Shown here one piece after another: positions 8,797 through 17,020 of a stretch of 64,000 nucleotides of DNA. This DNA comes from Sumerlaeia bacterium (GTDB taxonomy: Bacteria; Sumerlaeota; Sumerlaeia; MVZB01): positions 14,202 through 78,201 of the forward strand of contig JAWLCE010000020.1 in NCBI GenBank assembly GCA_041687335.1. The letters are read 5' to 3'. A program made the translations under genes and the position numbers. Position 1 is the first letter of the stretch. Every line of letters starts with the position of its first letter. A model generated the notes under the pieces. It was not told the DNA's origin, did not search any database, and was given only the letters and a program-made list of their open reading frames with translations.

Positions 8797-11379
8797 TTAA
8801 CGGTAAATTTGCCAGCTGCCGGCGGCGTTGATCCCGGGGTTGAATCGCCACAGATCGCCGTGGATGAGCAGATGCCTGTTATACTGGGCCCCTCCGCCGA
8901 AGATGTAATGCCTGCCGTAAGCATCGCCCCAGCCGGCCGCGCCAAATCGGTTTTGCGGGTGCGCCCGACCATCGGCCGTGATCCCGCTCATCACGCTGTC
9001 GCTCAGCCCGCCCAGCCAGCTCCACTCGCCGCTGGCGATCTCGTAGCGCCACAGGTCGTTCCTGTAATAATCGTAATAGGAGGATGATGACCGGTCTTGC
9101 CAACTTCCCCCAAAGAGCATCAATGAGCCATCGGCGCCGACCCAACCCGTGGCGGTTTGGCGCGGCCCGGGCGTGTTGTCGGGATGCGGCACCCCCGGCT
9201 CGCCGCGCGTCTCGTGCTGATCGACCAGCTCCGACCCGTGCATCCAAGTCCAGAGCCCGCTGACCGGATCGAAGCGCCACAGGTCGGAGAGATAGCCATA
9301 CGCACCGGCAGCGTCGCGACCATATCCGCCGTAGAGCCAGAAGGTGCCATCACGGGCGGTCCAGCAGGTGGCATTGGTGCGCGACCCGGGGCGATTGCCT
9401 TCTTTGGCGACCCCGCGCGTGCCGTAGCTTCCACGGCCGGTGGTCCCCCCCAGCCAAACCCACTGGTTGATCGGTGGGTTGATGCACCAGAGGTCACTTA
9501 AATATGTCGTCTCGTCGCTCGCGCGGCCATACCCGCCGAACAACCAGATGCGACCGTCGGGGCCGCTCCACATCGCAGCGCCACTCCGCGCGCCGGGGCA
9601 GTTGTCAGGGGCGGCGAGCCCCCGCGTCCCGTAGACGCTCGCCTGATTGCTCTCGCCCGTGCCATTGACCCAGGTCCAGTGGCTGGTGGTCGGGTCAAAT
9701 CGCCAGAGGTCGGCGGTAGTAATAGGCGCTGCGGTGTATAAAGAAGTTGTTGTCTTGCAAGAGCCGCCAAAGAGCCACAATCCCCCATCGCCCGCCGTGC
9801 AAAAGCTCGCCGCACTCAAGCCGCCCGGAGTGTTCTCACCGGCACCGACCCCCTGGGTGCCAAAAACCGCCGGCTGGGCGGGCTGAAAGCTGCCATGGCG
9901 AAGCGACCACCTGCCGCTGACGGGGTCCTGCCGCCACAGGTCAGCAAAAGAATAAGATTCTGAAACAGGACTTTTGAGCTCGGTCACGCCAATGCCCCCA
10001 TACAACCAGCGAGCGCCGTCGATGCCGGTCCAGTAGGCGGCCCCGTAGCGCCCGGCCGGCCAAGTGGCGGTTTCGGGCAGGCCGGGTGTCCCATAGTCGC
10101 CGTAGGTCCAGTAGCGACCCGAGCCATGGTGCCAGATCCATTGGTTGCTGGCCGGCTCGTATTGCCAGAGGTCATTGGTGAAGGTCGGGCCGAAACTAAA
10201 TAGGGCAAAAGTGCCTGCCCCATCCCGGCACTGCCCGCCAAAGATCCAGAGACTGCCATCGGCCCCCTGCCAGCCAGCCATCCCGCTTCGCGCGCGCGGA
10301 TTGTTCTCGGGCGCGGCCACGTGCCGGGTGCCGTAGATGCCGGGTCCCTCCTGCGGCCCCTTCAGCCAGGTCCAGAGGGCGGTTTCGGGGTCGAGCGACC
10401 AGACTGACCCGCACTCTGTGAAGCGCAGGAAGGTGCCATCGGTCTTTGTGACGCCGATGCCGCCGCCGATGCCGGGCGTGTTTTCTTCGGCGGCAATGCC
10501 GCCCCTGATCCAACTCCACTCGCCTGCAATGGGGTCGAAGCGCCAGATATCATCATGGACCTGGTACACAATTTGAGGCCGCCCGAGCAGATCCGTTTCA
10601 ATACGGCTTGAAACCCCACCGGCGAGCCACAACGCCCCATCGGCGCCAGTCCAGCCTCTGGCACCTATGCGCCCTGACGGATGAGGGGATTCTAGGGGTT
10701 GGGATTCAGTGCTTGTAATCAGGGTCCATTGCCCGGTAACCGGATCCAGACACCACAATTCGGCAATAATTTCCAAAGAGTTGCCGGAGAAAAACCAAAA
10801 CTTGCCGTCGGGTGTAGTCCAGGTGGCATTCTTTTCTGGAGATGGGCACTTGTCGCTTTGTTTCCTCGCCCATGCGTTGGATGGGGGATCATAGACCCAG
10901 GTATCATAGTGATAGTCAAACGGGTAGTAATGACCGATTCCGTGACCGCCATGGAGCCAGAGCCGTCCGTCGGTGCCGGTCCAGGTGACACCATACATGC
11001 GACCTTCCGGCCGATCGTTTGAGCTGGCGTCTGCCATGATCAGCGTCCATTGGTGCGTGGCCGGGTCGTAACGCCAGAGGTCGTTATAGATACCTCCAAT
11101 TGCACTCCCTTTCCAGGAGCCTGCCACAAAACCTCCGCCGAAGAGCCAGAGCGCGCCGTCGGCGCCAGTCCAAGTCATCGCCCCCTCGCGCGGGTCGGGG
11201 CGGTTGAGCGGGTGCGCCACGCCCTCGCCGACGTGATACCCCAGCGACATGTAGTCGTGATGCCCACCCAGCGGTGCCCACTCTCCCGCCACGGCGACAT
11301 CGGTCGCAAGCGCGGCGGCAATGGCAAGGATGAACACTGGCACAATTCGCCAGCCCCGATCCATGCGCGCCTGGGCCAT
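8797..11379 (-). CDS. Secreted Kelch/galactose-oxidase-like beta-propeller protein (12 repeats)
   Basis: 12 GxLWLFGG-type repeats with PxxRxxAxxW motifs; signal peptide; AAGGAG RBS 7 nt before ATG 11379; ends PGINAAGSWQIYR. Confidence 0.85.
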   Translation of the reverse strand: MAQARMDRGWRIVPVFILAIAAALATDVAVAGEWAPLGGHHDYMSLGYHVGEGVAHPLNRPDPREGAMTWTGADGALWLFGGGFVAGSWKGSAIGGIYNDLWRYDPATHQWTLIMADASSNDRPEGRMYGVTWTGTDGRLWLHGGHGIGHYYPFDYHYDTWVYDPPSNAWARKQSDKCPSPEKNATWTTPDGKFWFFSGNSLEIIAELWCLDPVTGQWTLITSTESQPLESPHPSGRIGARGWTGADGALWLAGGVSSRIETDLLGRPQIVYQVHDDIWRFDPIAGEWSWIRGGIAAEENTPGIGGGIGVTKTDGTFLRFTECGSVWSLDPETALWTWLKGPQEGPGIYGTRHVAAPENNPRARSGMAGWQGADGSLWIFGGQCRDGAGTFALFSFGPTFTNDLWQYEPASNQWIWHHGSGRYWTYGDYGTPGLPETATWPAGRYGAAYWTGIDGARWLYGGIGVTELKSPVSESYSFADLWRQDPVSGRWSLRHGSFQPAQPAVFGTQGVGAGENTPGGLSAASFCTAGDGGLWLFGGSCKTTTSLYTAAPITTADLWRFDPTTSHWTWVNGTGESNQASVYGTRGLAAPDNCPGARSGAAMWSGPDGRIWLFGGYGRASDETTYLSDLWCINPPINQWVWLGGTTGRGSYGTRGVAKEGNRPGSRTNATCWTARDGTFWLYGGYGRDAAGAYGYLSDLWRFDPVSGLWTWMHGSELVDQHETRGEPGVPHPDNTPGPRQTATGWVGADGSLMLFGGSWQDRSSSSYYDYYRNDLWRYEIASGEWSWLGGLSDSVMSGITADGRAHPQNRFGAAGWGDAYGRHYIFGGGAQYNRHLLIHGDLWRFNPGINAAGSWQIYR

Positions 11380-11421
11380 GATCATGCTCCTTGGGTAATT
11401 CAACGGCCAATCAACAGGTTA

Positions 11422-11450
11422 ATAATATAATCACGCCACATTTTTAACAA
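11422..11450 (-). promoter_or_regulatory. Sigma70-like promoter of the Kelch gene
   Basis: TTGTTA-N17-TATTAT on the minus strand in an AT-rich patch. Confidence 0.55.
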
Positions 11451-11465
11451 GGATCAAATGGGAGC

Positions 11466-11532
11466 CTCTCACAAAGTCACCAAGACACCAAGGGACACAA
11501 ATTTTCTTCGTGCCTTGGTGGCTTTGTGAGAG
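11466..11532. repeat. Palindromic intergenic repeat, copy 2
   Basis: CTCTCACAAAGTCACCAAGACACCAAGGGACACAAA...CTTCGTGCCTTGGTGGCTTTGTGAGAG. Confidence 0.9.
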
Positions 11533-11550
11533 ATCTTCTTATCTTCTCTT

Positions 11551-13098
11551 TCAGCGATGCCGGGCGGAGGCCATGGCCTGCGGCGTCAGCGCGTGCGGGG
11601 CCAGTGCCAACAGGCTGAACAAGGCCACCGGAATCAGCCAGCCCGGTTTCTCGCTCACCAGGTTCCACATCAGCAGGCCCAGCACCAGCGTCAGCGCCGG
11701 CGGCACCAACAGCATGGAAGTGCGGATTGTTTTTTGCCGCAAGGCCACGCCGATGTCGTGGAACAGCCAGATGAACAGGGCCAGCACGAGGCAAAATAAT
11801 AGGAAGATGAACAGCGGCATCACAAACAAGGTCATTCCGGCGATGATCGCAAGGAATAGGACCGTGTGGTCGCCTTTGGCGGAAGAATATAGTCGCGCCG
11901 TGAGGGCCAATCCATTCAGAACCCATGCCGTAGTCAAAGAAACCAGCCAGAGCAGCGGCAGGATGGCATAGCCGAACGGGTGCCCCTTGAAAAAGAGTAT
12001 GTCCTCGCCACGCAGTTCGGCGAGCAGCGCCGGATGACGGCCGCGAAGCAGCAACTCAACGGCCACGGTGAGCAGGGCCAGGAATGCGATTCCCAGATAA
12101 ATGTTAAACATATGGCGGAATGAGAAACGCAGCAGCGGGGACGTCAGCTCATCATTGCGCAGGGGCAGCGTCAACTGAAAGGAAGACCGTTGCTTGTCTA
12201 ATAGATAATCGCCGGTTGCCACAAGCATATTGATCGGCAAATACGAAAACATCCATGGCAAGGACTGCAATACCCAGATACCGTGGCCTGCCCAGCAAGC
12301 CCACACCAGCAGGGCGGCGGGAACGAACCAAAACCAGCGTAAACTAAACTTGGAACCGTCCCCATTTGTTCCGAACCAAGCGAGCGCGGCGGCGGGGGTG
12401 GAGAATGGTTTGAATATCTTGGGGCCGATGTCCTTGCCGCGGCGGTCCGGCAGGGTTTGCTTTACGCGCAGGCCGGGCTGGTGGCGGGCGAGGGCGAAAC
12501 CTCGCAGCGTGCCCAGCCACGCGATCGGGATCAGGCCAAGCGCCAACGCGATATCGAACTTTGTGATTTGCGATGAATCCAGGATCACCCAGCGCAGCAG
12601 CAAGGCGGCCAGGCCGAGAACCACCAATAATTTACGACCGCCGGGCCGCATCGTCATGATCATCGCCACCCAAAACGCCACCACCCAGAGCACCACCAGC
12701 GGGAAGAAAATGGGCAGCCGCAGCCCCAGCCACCACCGCAGCAGCAATGCCGACGGCAGGTAAACCGCAGGCACCATCGCCAGCAGATGGATGAAGGATA
12801 TGTTGACAATGGTGCGATCACTGAGCGGCAACGTATGGAGCGAGGCACGCAGACCGGCTGCGCGCGAGGTCACGTCATGCAGGCCGACCACCACCAGCCC
12901 ACCCACGACAGGTGTGGCCAGAAACATCATCGTAATAAGGTACACCTTCATGTGGTAATCGGCCACCGAAGGGCTATTCATTTGATATATGTTGTACATG
13001 AAGCCGACGATGAAGGCGATGCAACCCAGAATCCACCATCTGGTCCGGCGGAGGAATTCCCAGGTCAAGGCGTGAGCGGGTGTGTGCATCGTCTTCAC
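11551..13098 (-). CDS. Polytopic membrane protein, probable ABC transporter permease
   Basis: Many hydrophobic helices; starts 2 nt after the ABC ATPase stop; lower GC than its neighbours. Confidence 0.75.
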   Translation of the reverse strand: MKTMHTPAHALTWEFLRRTRWWILGCIAFIVGFMYNIYQMNSPSVADYHMKVYLITMMFLATPVVGGLVVVGLHDVTSRAAGLRASLHTLPLSDRTIVNISFIHLLAMVPAVYLPSALLLRWWLGLRLPIFFPLVVLWVVAFWVAMIMTMRPGGRKLLVVLGLAALLLRWVILDSSQITKFDIALALGLIPIAWLGTLRGFALARHQPGLRVKQTLPDRRGKDIGPKIFKPFSTPAAALAWFGTNGDGSKFSLRWFWFVPAALLVWACWAGHGIWVLQSLPWMFSYLPINMLVATGDYLLDKQRSSFQLTLPLRNDELTSPLLRFSFRHMFNIYLGIAFLALLTVAVELLLRGRHPALLAELRGEDILFFKGHPFGYAILPLLWLVSLTTAWVLNGLALTARLYSSAKGDHTVLFLAIIAGMTLFVMPLFIFLLFCLVLALFIWLFHDIGVALRQKTIRTSMLLVPPALTLVLGLLMWNLVSEKPGWLIPVALFSLLALAPHALTPQAMASARHR

Positions 13099-13100
13099 TC

Positions 13101-13979
13101 CTACCGCGCGCGCGCGATGAAGATTTCATCGATGCTGGCGCTGCGGTCCTCGAGCAGCTCGGCGCCCTGGCGGGCGGCTTCGTCGCGGAATTGCTCGAGC
13201 TGGCCATTGACGGTGAAGCTCCACTCGGCGCCGGCGCCTTCGGCAAAGAGCACGCCGGGGAGCGCGGGGCATACCGACAGGGGCGCGGCAAAACGCAGCG
13301 TCAGACGGCGGTGGGCCTGCTTGATCGCGTCCAGCTCGCCACTCATGACGAGCCGCCCCTCGTTGATCATCGCCAGGCGGTCGCAGACCCGGTCCACCTC
13401 CTCGAGCAGGTGCGAGGAGAAGAGCACCGTGCGCCCCTCGTCGGTAACCGTCTGGATGATCGCCAGCAGGATGTCGCGGCGCACGATCGGGTCGAGGCCG
13501 CTGGAGGGCTCGTCAAGGATCAGCAGCGGCGGACGGTAGGCCAGCGCGACCAGCAGCCCCGCCAGCGCGCGCCGCCCGCGCGAGAGGTCATTAACCTTCT
13601 GGGCCGGGTCCAGCTCGAAGGCCTCGCGCAGCGACTCGGCATAGGCATCGTCCCAGCCCGGGTAGAAGGCCCGGCGGTAGCGGATCAGCTCGCCGACGCG
13701 CATCCAGCCGGGCAGGTCGCGGTCCTCGGATAGGTAGCCGATGCGCGAAAGGACGCCGGGCGGGTCGGCCACCGGATCGAGCCCGAAGACGCGCACGCTG
13801 CCCTGCTCGGCGCGCAGCAGCCCGAGCAGATGGCGGATGAGCGTGGTCTTGCCGGCGCCGTTCTCGCCGACGAGGCCAAAGACCGACCCGCGCGGCACCT
13901 CGAGCGTCAGGTTGTCGAGCGCCGTCTTCTGGTCGAAGCGGCGCGAAAGGTTCTGGATCGAGATCACCGGCTCGTTCAT
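13101..13979 (-). CDS. ABC transporter ATP-binding protein (YtrB/CcmA-like)
   Basis: Walker A GENGAGKTT, signature LSRGRR, Walker B LLILDEP, H-loop SSH. Confidence 0.95.
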   Translation of the reverse strand: MNEPVISIQNLSRRFDQKTALDNLTLEVPRGSVFGLVGENGAGKTTLIRHLLGLLRAEQGSVRVFGLDPVADPPGVLSRIGYLSEDRDLPGWMRVGELIRYRRAFYPGWDDAYAESLREAFELDPAQKVNDLSRGRRALAGLLVALAYRPPLLILDEPSSGLDPIVRRDILLAIIQTVTDEGRTVLFSSHLLEEVDRVCDRLAMINEGRLVMSGELDAIKQAHRRLTLRFAAPLSVCPALPGVLFAEGAGAEWSFTVNGQLEQFRDEAARQGAELLEDRSASIDEIFIARAR

Positions 13980-14365
13980 GGCTTGTCGCTCCTCAGGATC
14001 TTGCCGCGCTCGCGCAGGCGGCGCGCCAGCTCATCAAGGCCGATGCCGAAGTGGCTGGCCTCGGCCAGCAGCATGTCGATGCGTTCGTTGAGCACCTTGT
14101 CGACGGCGGCGGGCGCCAATGGCGAGCCGCCCTCGGCCAGGTAAACCCCCGCCCCGCGCCGAGTGACGACGACGCCGGCGGCCTCCAGCTCGCGGTAGGC
14201 GCGCGCGACGGTGTTGGGATTGATCAGGAGCTGCTCGGCCAGCGCGCGCACCGAGGGCAGCGGCTCGCCCGGCGCCAGCCGACCCGACGCCGCGAGGTAC
14301 TTGACCTGGTTGACGATCTGCAGGTAGATCGGCAGTCCGTCGCCGCTGGTGATCCGCAAATGCAT
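13976..14365 (-). CDS. GntR-family regulator, YtrA subfamily
   Basis: 'PIYLQIVNQVK...LPSVRALAEQLLINPNTVARAYRELE...RGAGVYL', short C-terminus, precedes ABC ATPase. Confidence 0.93.
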   Translation of the reverse strand: MHLRITSGDGLPIYLQIVNQVKYLAASGRLAPGEPLPSVRALAEQLLINPNTVARAYRELEAAGVVVTRRGAGVYLAEGGSPLAPAAVDKVLNERIDMLLAEASHFGIGLDELARRLRERGKILRSDKP

Positions 14366-14379
14366 GGCCGCCCTCTAAC

Positions 14380-14399
14380 TGTATTAGTGTGTTCATACA
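14380..14399. promoter_or_regulatory. Putative YtrA-type autorepression operator
   Basis: Inverted repeat TGTAT-N10-ATACA (TGTATTAGTGTGTTCATACA), 15 nt upstream of the GntR start. Confidence 0.7.
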
Positions 14400-14431
14400 A
14401 TAGCGGGCGGCGTCAAGGGCAAATGTGGAAC

Positions 14432-14498
14432 CTCTCACAAGTCACAAAGCCACAAAGGAACGCAAAGTATCCTTGGTGCCTTGGTGGCTTTGTGAGAG
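14432..14498. repeat. Palindromic intergenic repeat, copy 3 (diverged, probably opposite orientation)
   Basis: CTCTCACAAGTCACAAAGCCACAAAG...CCTTGGTGCCTTGGTGGCTTTGTGAGAG. Confidence 0.8.
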
Positions 14499-14545
14499 AG
14501 CTTCAGCTTTTTGACGCAGAGGCGCAGAGGCGCCAAGTCTTGTTC

Positions 14546-14567
14546 GTAGTTCCGCCTTCAGTCGGAA
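14546..14567 (+). repeat. GTAG-type REP element
   Basis: GTAG tetranucleotide followed by imperfect hairpin TTCCGCC-TTCA-GTCGGAA, the architecture of RAYT/TnpA(REP)-associated REPs. Confidence 0.55.
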
Positions 14568-14596
14568 AATAGCAGGGTGGCCGAAAGGACAAGTTG

Positions 14597-14929
14597 TCAG
14601 GCGTATTCCTCGAGCACGCGTCCGGGCTGCTTGCGAATCTGCGTCCAGTATTCCTCGCGCACGTCGGGGTCGATCCTGACCTTTTCGCCTCCCCAAGGGT
14701 AACGATCCTGGCCGTTGCGCTTGGGTCCGGAGATCCAATAGGTATCCGCCGTCTCCGCATCGACATAATTGCCGCAGCCACGCCTATCCCTATAGAGCCA
14801 CTTATCGCGCCACCAGATCGACTTGCCTGTCTTGGAGAACATGACGCGCGAAATCCATGCCGGGCCGTTGTCGTCATGTCCGCCCGCGTGCGTCTTCAAC
14901 TCGATGTACATGATTTTGGTTTTATGCAT
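14597..14929 (-). CDS. Small conserved hypothetical protein (a family I recall is often mislabelled '1-deoxy-D-xylulose-5-phosphate synthase')
   Basis: 'IMYIELK...ISRVMFSKTGKSI...NYVDAETADTYWISGPKRNGQDR'; 110 aa, no TPP-binding domain. Confidence 0.75.
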   Translation of the reverse strand: MHKTKIMYIELKTHAGGHDDNGPAWISRVMFSKTGKSIWWRDKWLYRDRRGCGNYVDAETADTYWISGPKRNGQDRYPWGGEKVRIDPDVREEYWTQIRKQPGRVLEEYA

Positions 14930-14959
14930 GGCGGCTGTCCATCCTGAATTGGCATGAGA

Positions 14960-14984
14960 TTGACAGCATAAATTATTTTGTCAA
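14960..14984. promoter_or_regulatory. 25-bp palindrome between divergent genes, putative operator
   Basis: TTGACA-GC-ATAA-A-TTAT-TT-TGTCAA (10 of 12 arm pairs match). Confidence 0.5.
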
Positions 14985-15082
14985 GCACCCCAACCACCCG
15001 ACCGGGAACGGGGGGCGGATGTCATTGGTCGGCCGGGTGGGGCGAGGTATGATGAATCATCAAGGCGTGAGGGAGGCGGAGA

Positions 15083-15781
15083 ATGTTTCGAGGCGGCCTT
15101 TTCTCAATCCTGCTGCTGGCCCTGGCGGCGGTTTATGTAGGGCCGGTGGGCGCTGCAGAGGCGCCTACCGCGCCGGCGGAGGTCGCTCAGCCCGAGGCGG
15201 CCGGGCGCGAGGCGGAGGTTGCCAGCCTGCGCGCGCAGGTGGCCCGCCTGCAGGCCGAGCTGGCCGAAACGCGCGCGCGACTGGCGGCGCGCGAGGACGA
15301 GCTGGCCGAACAGCAGATCGAGCTGGACCGCACGCGGCACCTGCTCGAGCGGGCGCATTATCAGTATTACCAGCTTCAGCGGGCGCGGACGGGCAGCTCG
15401 GCGGTGCCGGTGGGGCCGATCCAGCAGCGCCAGCCGCGACTGCCGGCGCCCACACGCCCGCCGGCGACCGTGCGGCCACCAACGATCGGGCGCGCGCCGG
15501 CGGCGACCCTCGAACAGGTCTTCATCCTCAACCGGGGCGACCAGCGGTTGATCGAAGGGCAGTTCCTGATCCGGCTGCTGCGGGTCAACCCGGGGCGCGA
15601 CCCGCGCGACGACCGCGCCGAACTGGTGGTCGATGCGGGAATCGGCCAGCGCACCATCAGAATCCGCGAGCTGACCACGATCACGGTGGAGAACTATCAG
15701 ATCACGACTGAGGATATCCTGCCGGCCGAGGGCCGCCCCGGCGAGGGGCGCGTGCGCCTGCGCGTGCGACCCATCCGGTAG
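15083..15781 (+). CDS. Secreted coiled-coil hypothetical protein
   Basis: AGGAGG RBS, signal peptide, heptad coiled coil (residues ~40-95), Pro-rich linker, beta-rich C-terminal domain. Confidence 0.75.
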   Translation: MFRGGLFSILLLALAAVYVGPVGAAEAPTAPAEVAQPEAAGREAEVASLRAQVARLQAELAETRARLAAREDELAEQQIELDRTRHLLERAHYQYYQLQRARTGSSAVPVGPIQQRQPRLPAPTRPPATVRPPTIGRAPAATLEQVFILNRGDQRLIEGQFLIRLLRVNPGRDPRDDRAELVVDAGIGQRTIRIRELTTITVENYQITTEDILPAEGRPGEGRVRLRVRPIR

Positions 15782-15812
15782 CCGGTGAATCAAAGTATTT
15801 GCGTGCGAAACT

Positions 15813-16232
15813 TCAAGCCAGAAGCAGCTCGGGGCGCTCCAGCTCACGGCGCAGCTCGTCGGCTGGCTCGCCGCTGAGGATCTGGAAGACCGAGACCAGA
15901 TTGGTGGTCTGCAGCAGCTCCAGCAGTCGGGGAGCGGGGGAAAGCAGACGCAATTCGATTCGCTGCTTGCGCGCCATGACCTGAAAACCGACAAACACTC
16001 CCAGCCCGGTGCTGTCGATGAACTGGACGCCGCCCAGCGCGAGATCGAGCCGGTGACAGGATGGATCATTCATCAACTGCTGGAGCCGGTCACGGATTTG
16101 GGGGGCGTTTTGGGAAAGGATGTAGCCCTGCAGCACCAGCAGTATCCGGTCGCCCGCTTGATAGACGGTGATCTCACAGCCTTGGGATGAACTGCCGGCG
16201 GGGGATGAGGAGGGTGGGAGGGATTGGGTCAT
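15813..16232 (-). CDS. STAS-domain anti-sigma factor antagonist
   Basis: 'LALGGVQFIDSTGLGVFV...LRLLSPAPRLLELLQTTNLVSVF'. Confidence 0.88.
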   Translation of the reverse strand: MTQSLPPSSSPAGSSSQGCEITVYQAGDRILLVLQGYILSQNAPQIRDRLQQLMNDPSCHRLDLALGGVQFIDSTGLGVFVGFQVMARKQRIELRLLSPAPRLLELLQTTNLVSVFQILSGEPADELRRELERPELLLA

Positions 16233-17020
16233 GGTGCCCCGGGCGCCGGACCGGCGGTCGTCAGTTTACCGAGCAGTTCCAGCCGGCGCCGGGCGCGTGC
16301 GGCATGGCGTTCATCGCCTCGGCTCTGGCTCAACTCATAGACCATTTCCCAGACCTGCCGCGCCTGCTGATACCACTCCTGCTTCTTTTCGTAAATCAGG
16401 GCCAGATTGTTGAGTATTGAAAGATCATCGGGCTCCAGCGCGCGCGCGCGCTCATAGGCCGCGGCAGCCTTGACGTAGTCACCACGCTGGATATGGTCGA
16501 GCGCGGCGTGGCAAAGCTGGCGGACGCGCCCATCGCCCCCGGGCTGGGTGAAGTCGGTCATCGGGACCGGATTCATCGATCGTGTGGGCTTTAGTGGCGG
16601 GGCGACCGGGGCGGAGGGCTCACTGCTTCGCAGGGGCGATTCGGCGATAAGCATGGCCGTCAGGTCGGCGGCCTCGGCGCCGGCGCGGATTTCGAAGATG
16701 GCATCCAGCCGGGCCATCCTGAAGATCTGCGCCGCCGCAGGGGAAGGGTTGAGCAGGAACAGTTGAGCCTGTGCCCGCTGGGCGATCATTTTCAGGCCCA
16801 CCAAGGCCCCCAGGCCGGCACTGTCCAGATATTCCAGCCCCGCCAGGTCGATGAAGACCCGCCGCAGCGGGGGCACAATCAAACCACGCAACTGCTGCTG
16901 GACCAACTCGCAGTTCTCATTGACCAGCCGGCCGCTCAGCAGAGCCAGGGCCTCATGCTGATGGACGCAGGTCCTGATCAGGAGATCCTTCATCGGCTGG
17001 GGATGGCCTGCGCCGCTCAC
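16229..17020 (-). CDS. STAS domain fused to a C-terminal TPR
   Basis: 'IDLAGLEYLDSAGLGALV...LNPSPAAAQIFRMARLDAIF' then 'AYERARALEPDDLSILNNLALIY'. Confidence 0.85.
   Translation of the reverse strand: MSGAGHPQPMKDLLIRTCVHQHEALALLSGRLVNENCELVQQQLRGLIVPPLRRVFIDLAGLEYLDSAGLGALVGLKMIAQRAQAQLFLLNPSPAAAQIFRMARLDAIFEIRAGAEAADLTAMLIAESPLRSSEPSAPVAPPLKPTRSMNPVPMTDFTQPGGDGRVRQLCHAALDHIQRGDYVKAAAAYERARALEPDDLSILNNLALIYEKKQEWYQQARQVWEMVYELSQSRGDERHAARARRRLELLGKLTTAGPAPGAP

Noticed and set aside
8704-14498. CRISPR array or integron attC array from the three palindromic repeats
   Set aside because: Spacing is about 2.8-3 kb rather than 30-40 nt; no RYYYAAC/GTTRRRY cores; no cas or intI gene
14597-14929. 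dxs (1-deoxy-D-xylulose-5-phosphate synthase)
   Set aside because: True DXS is about 620 aa with TPP-binding motifs; this protein is 110 aa with none
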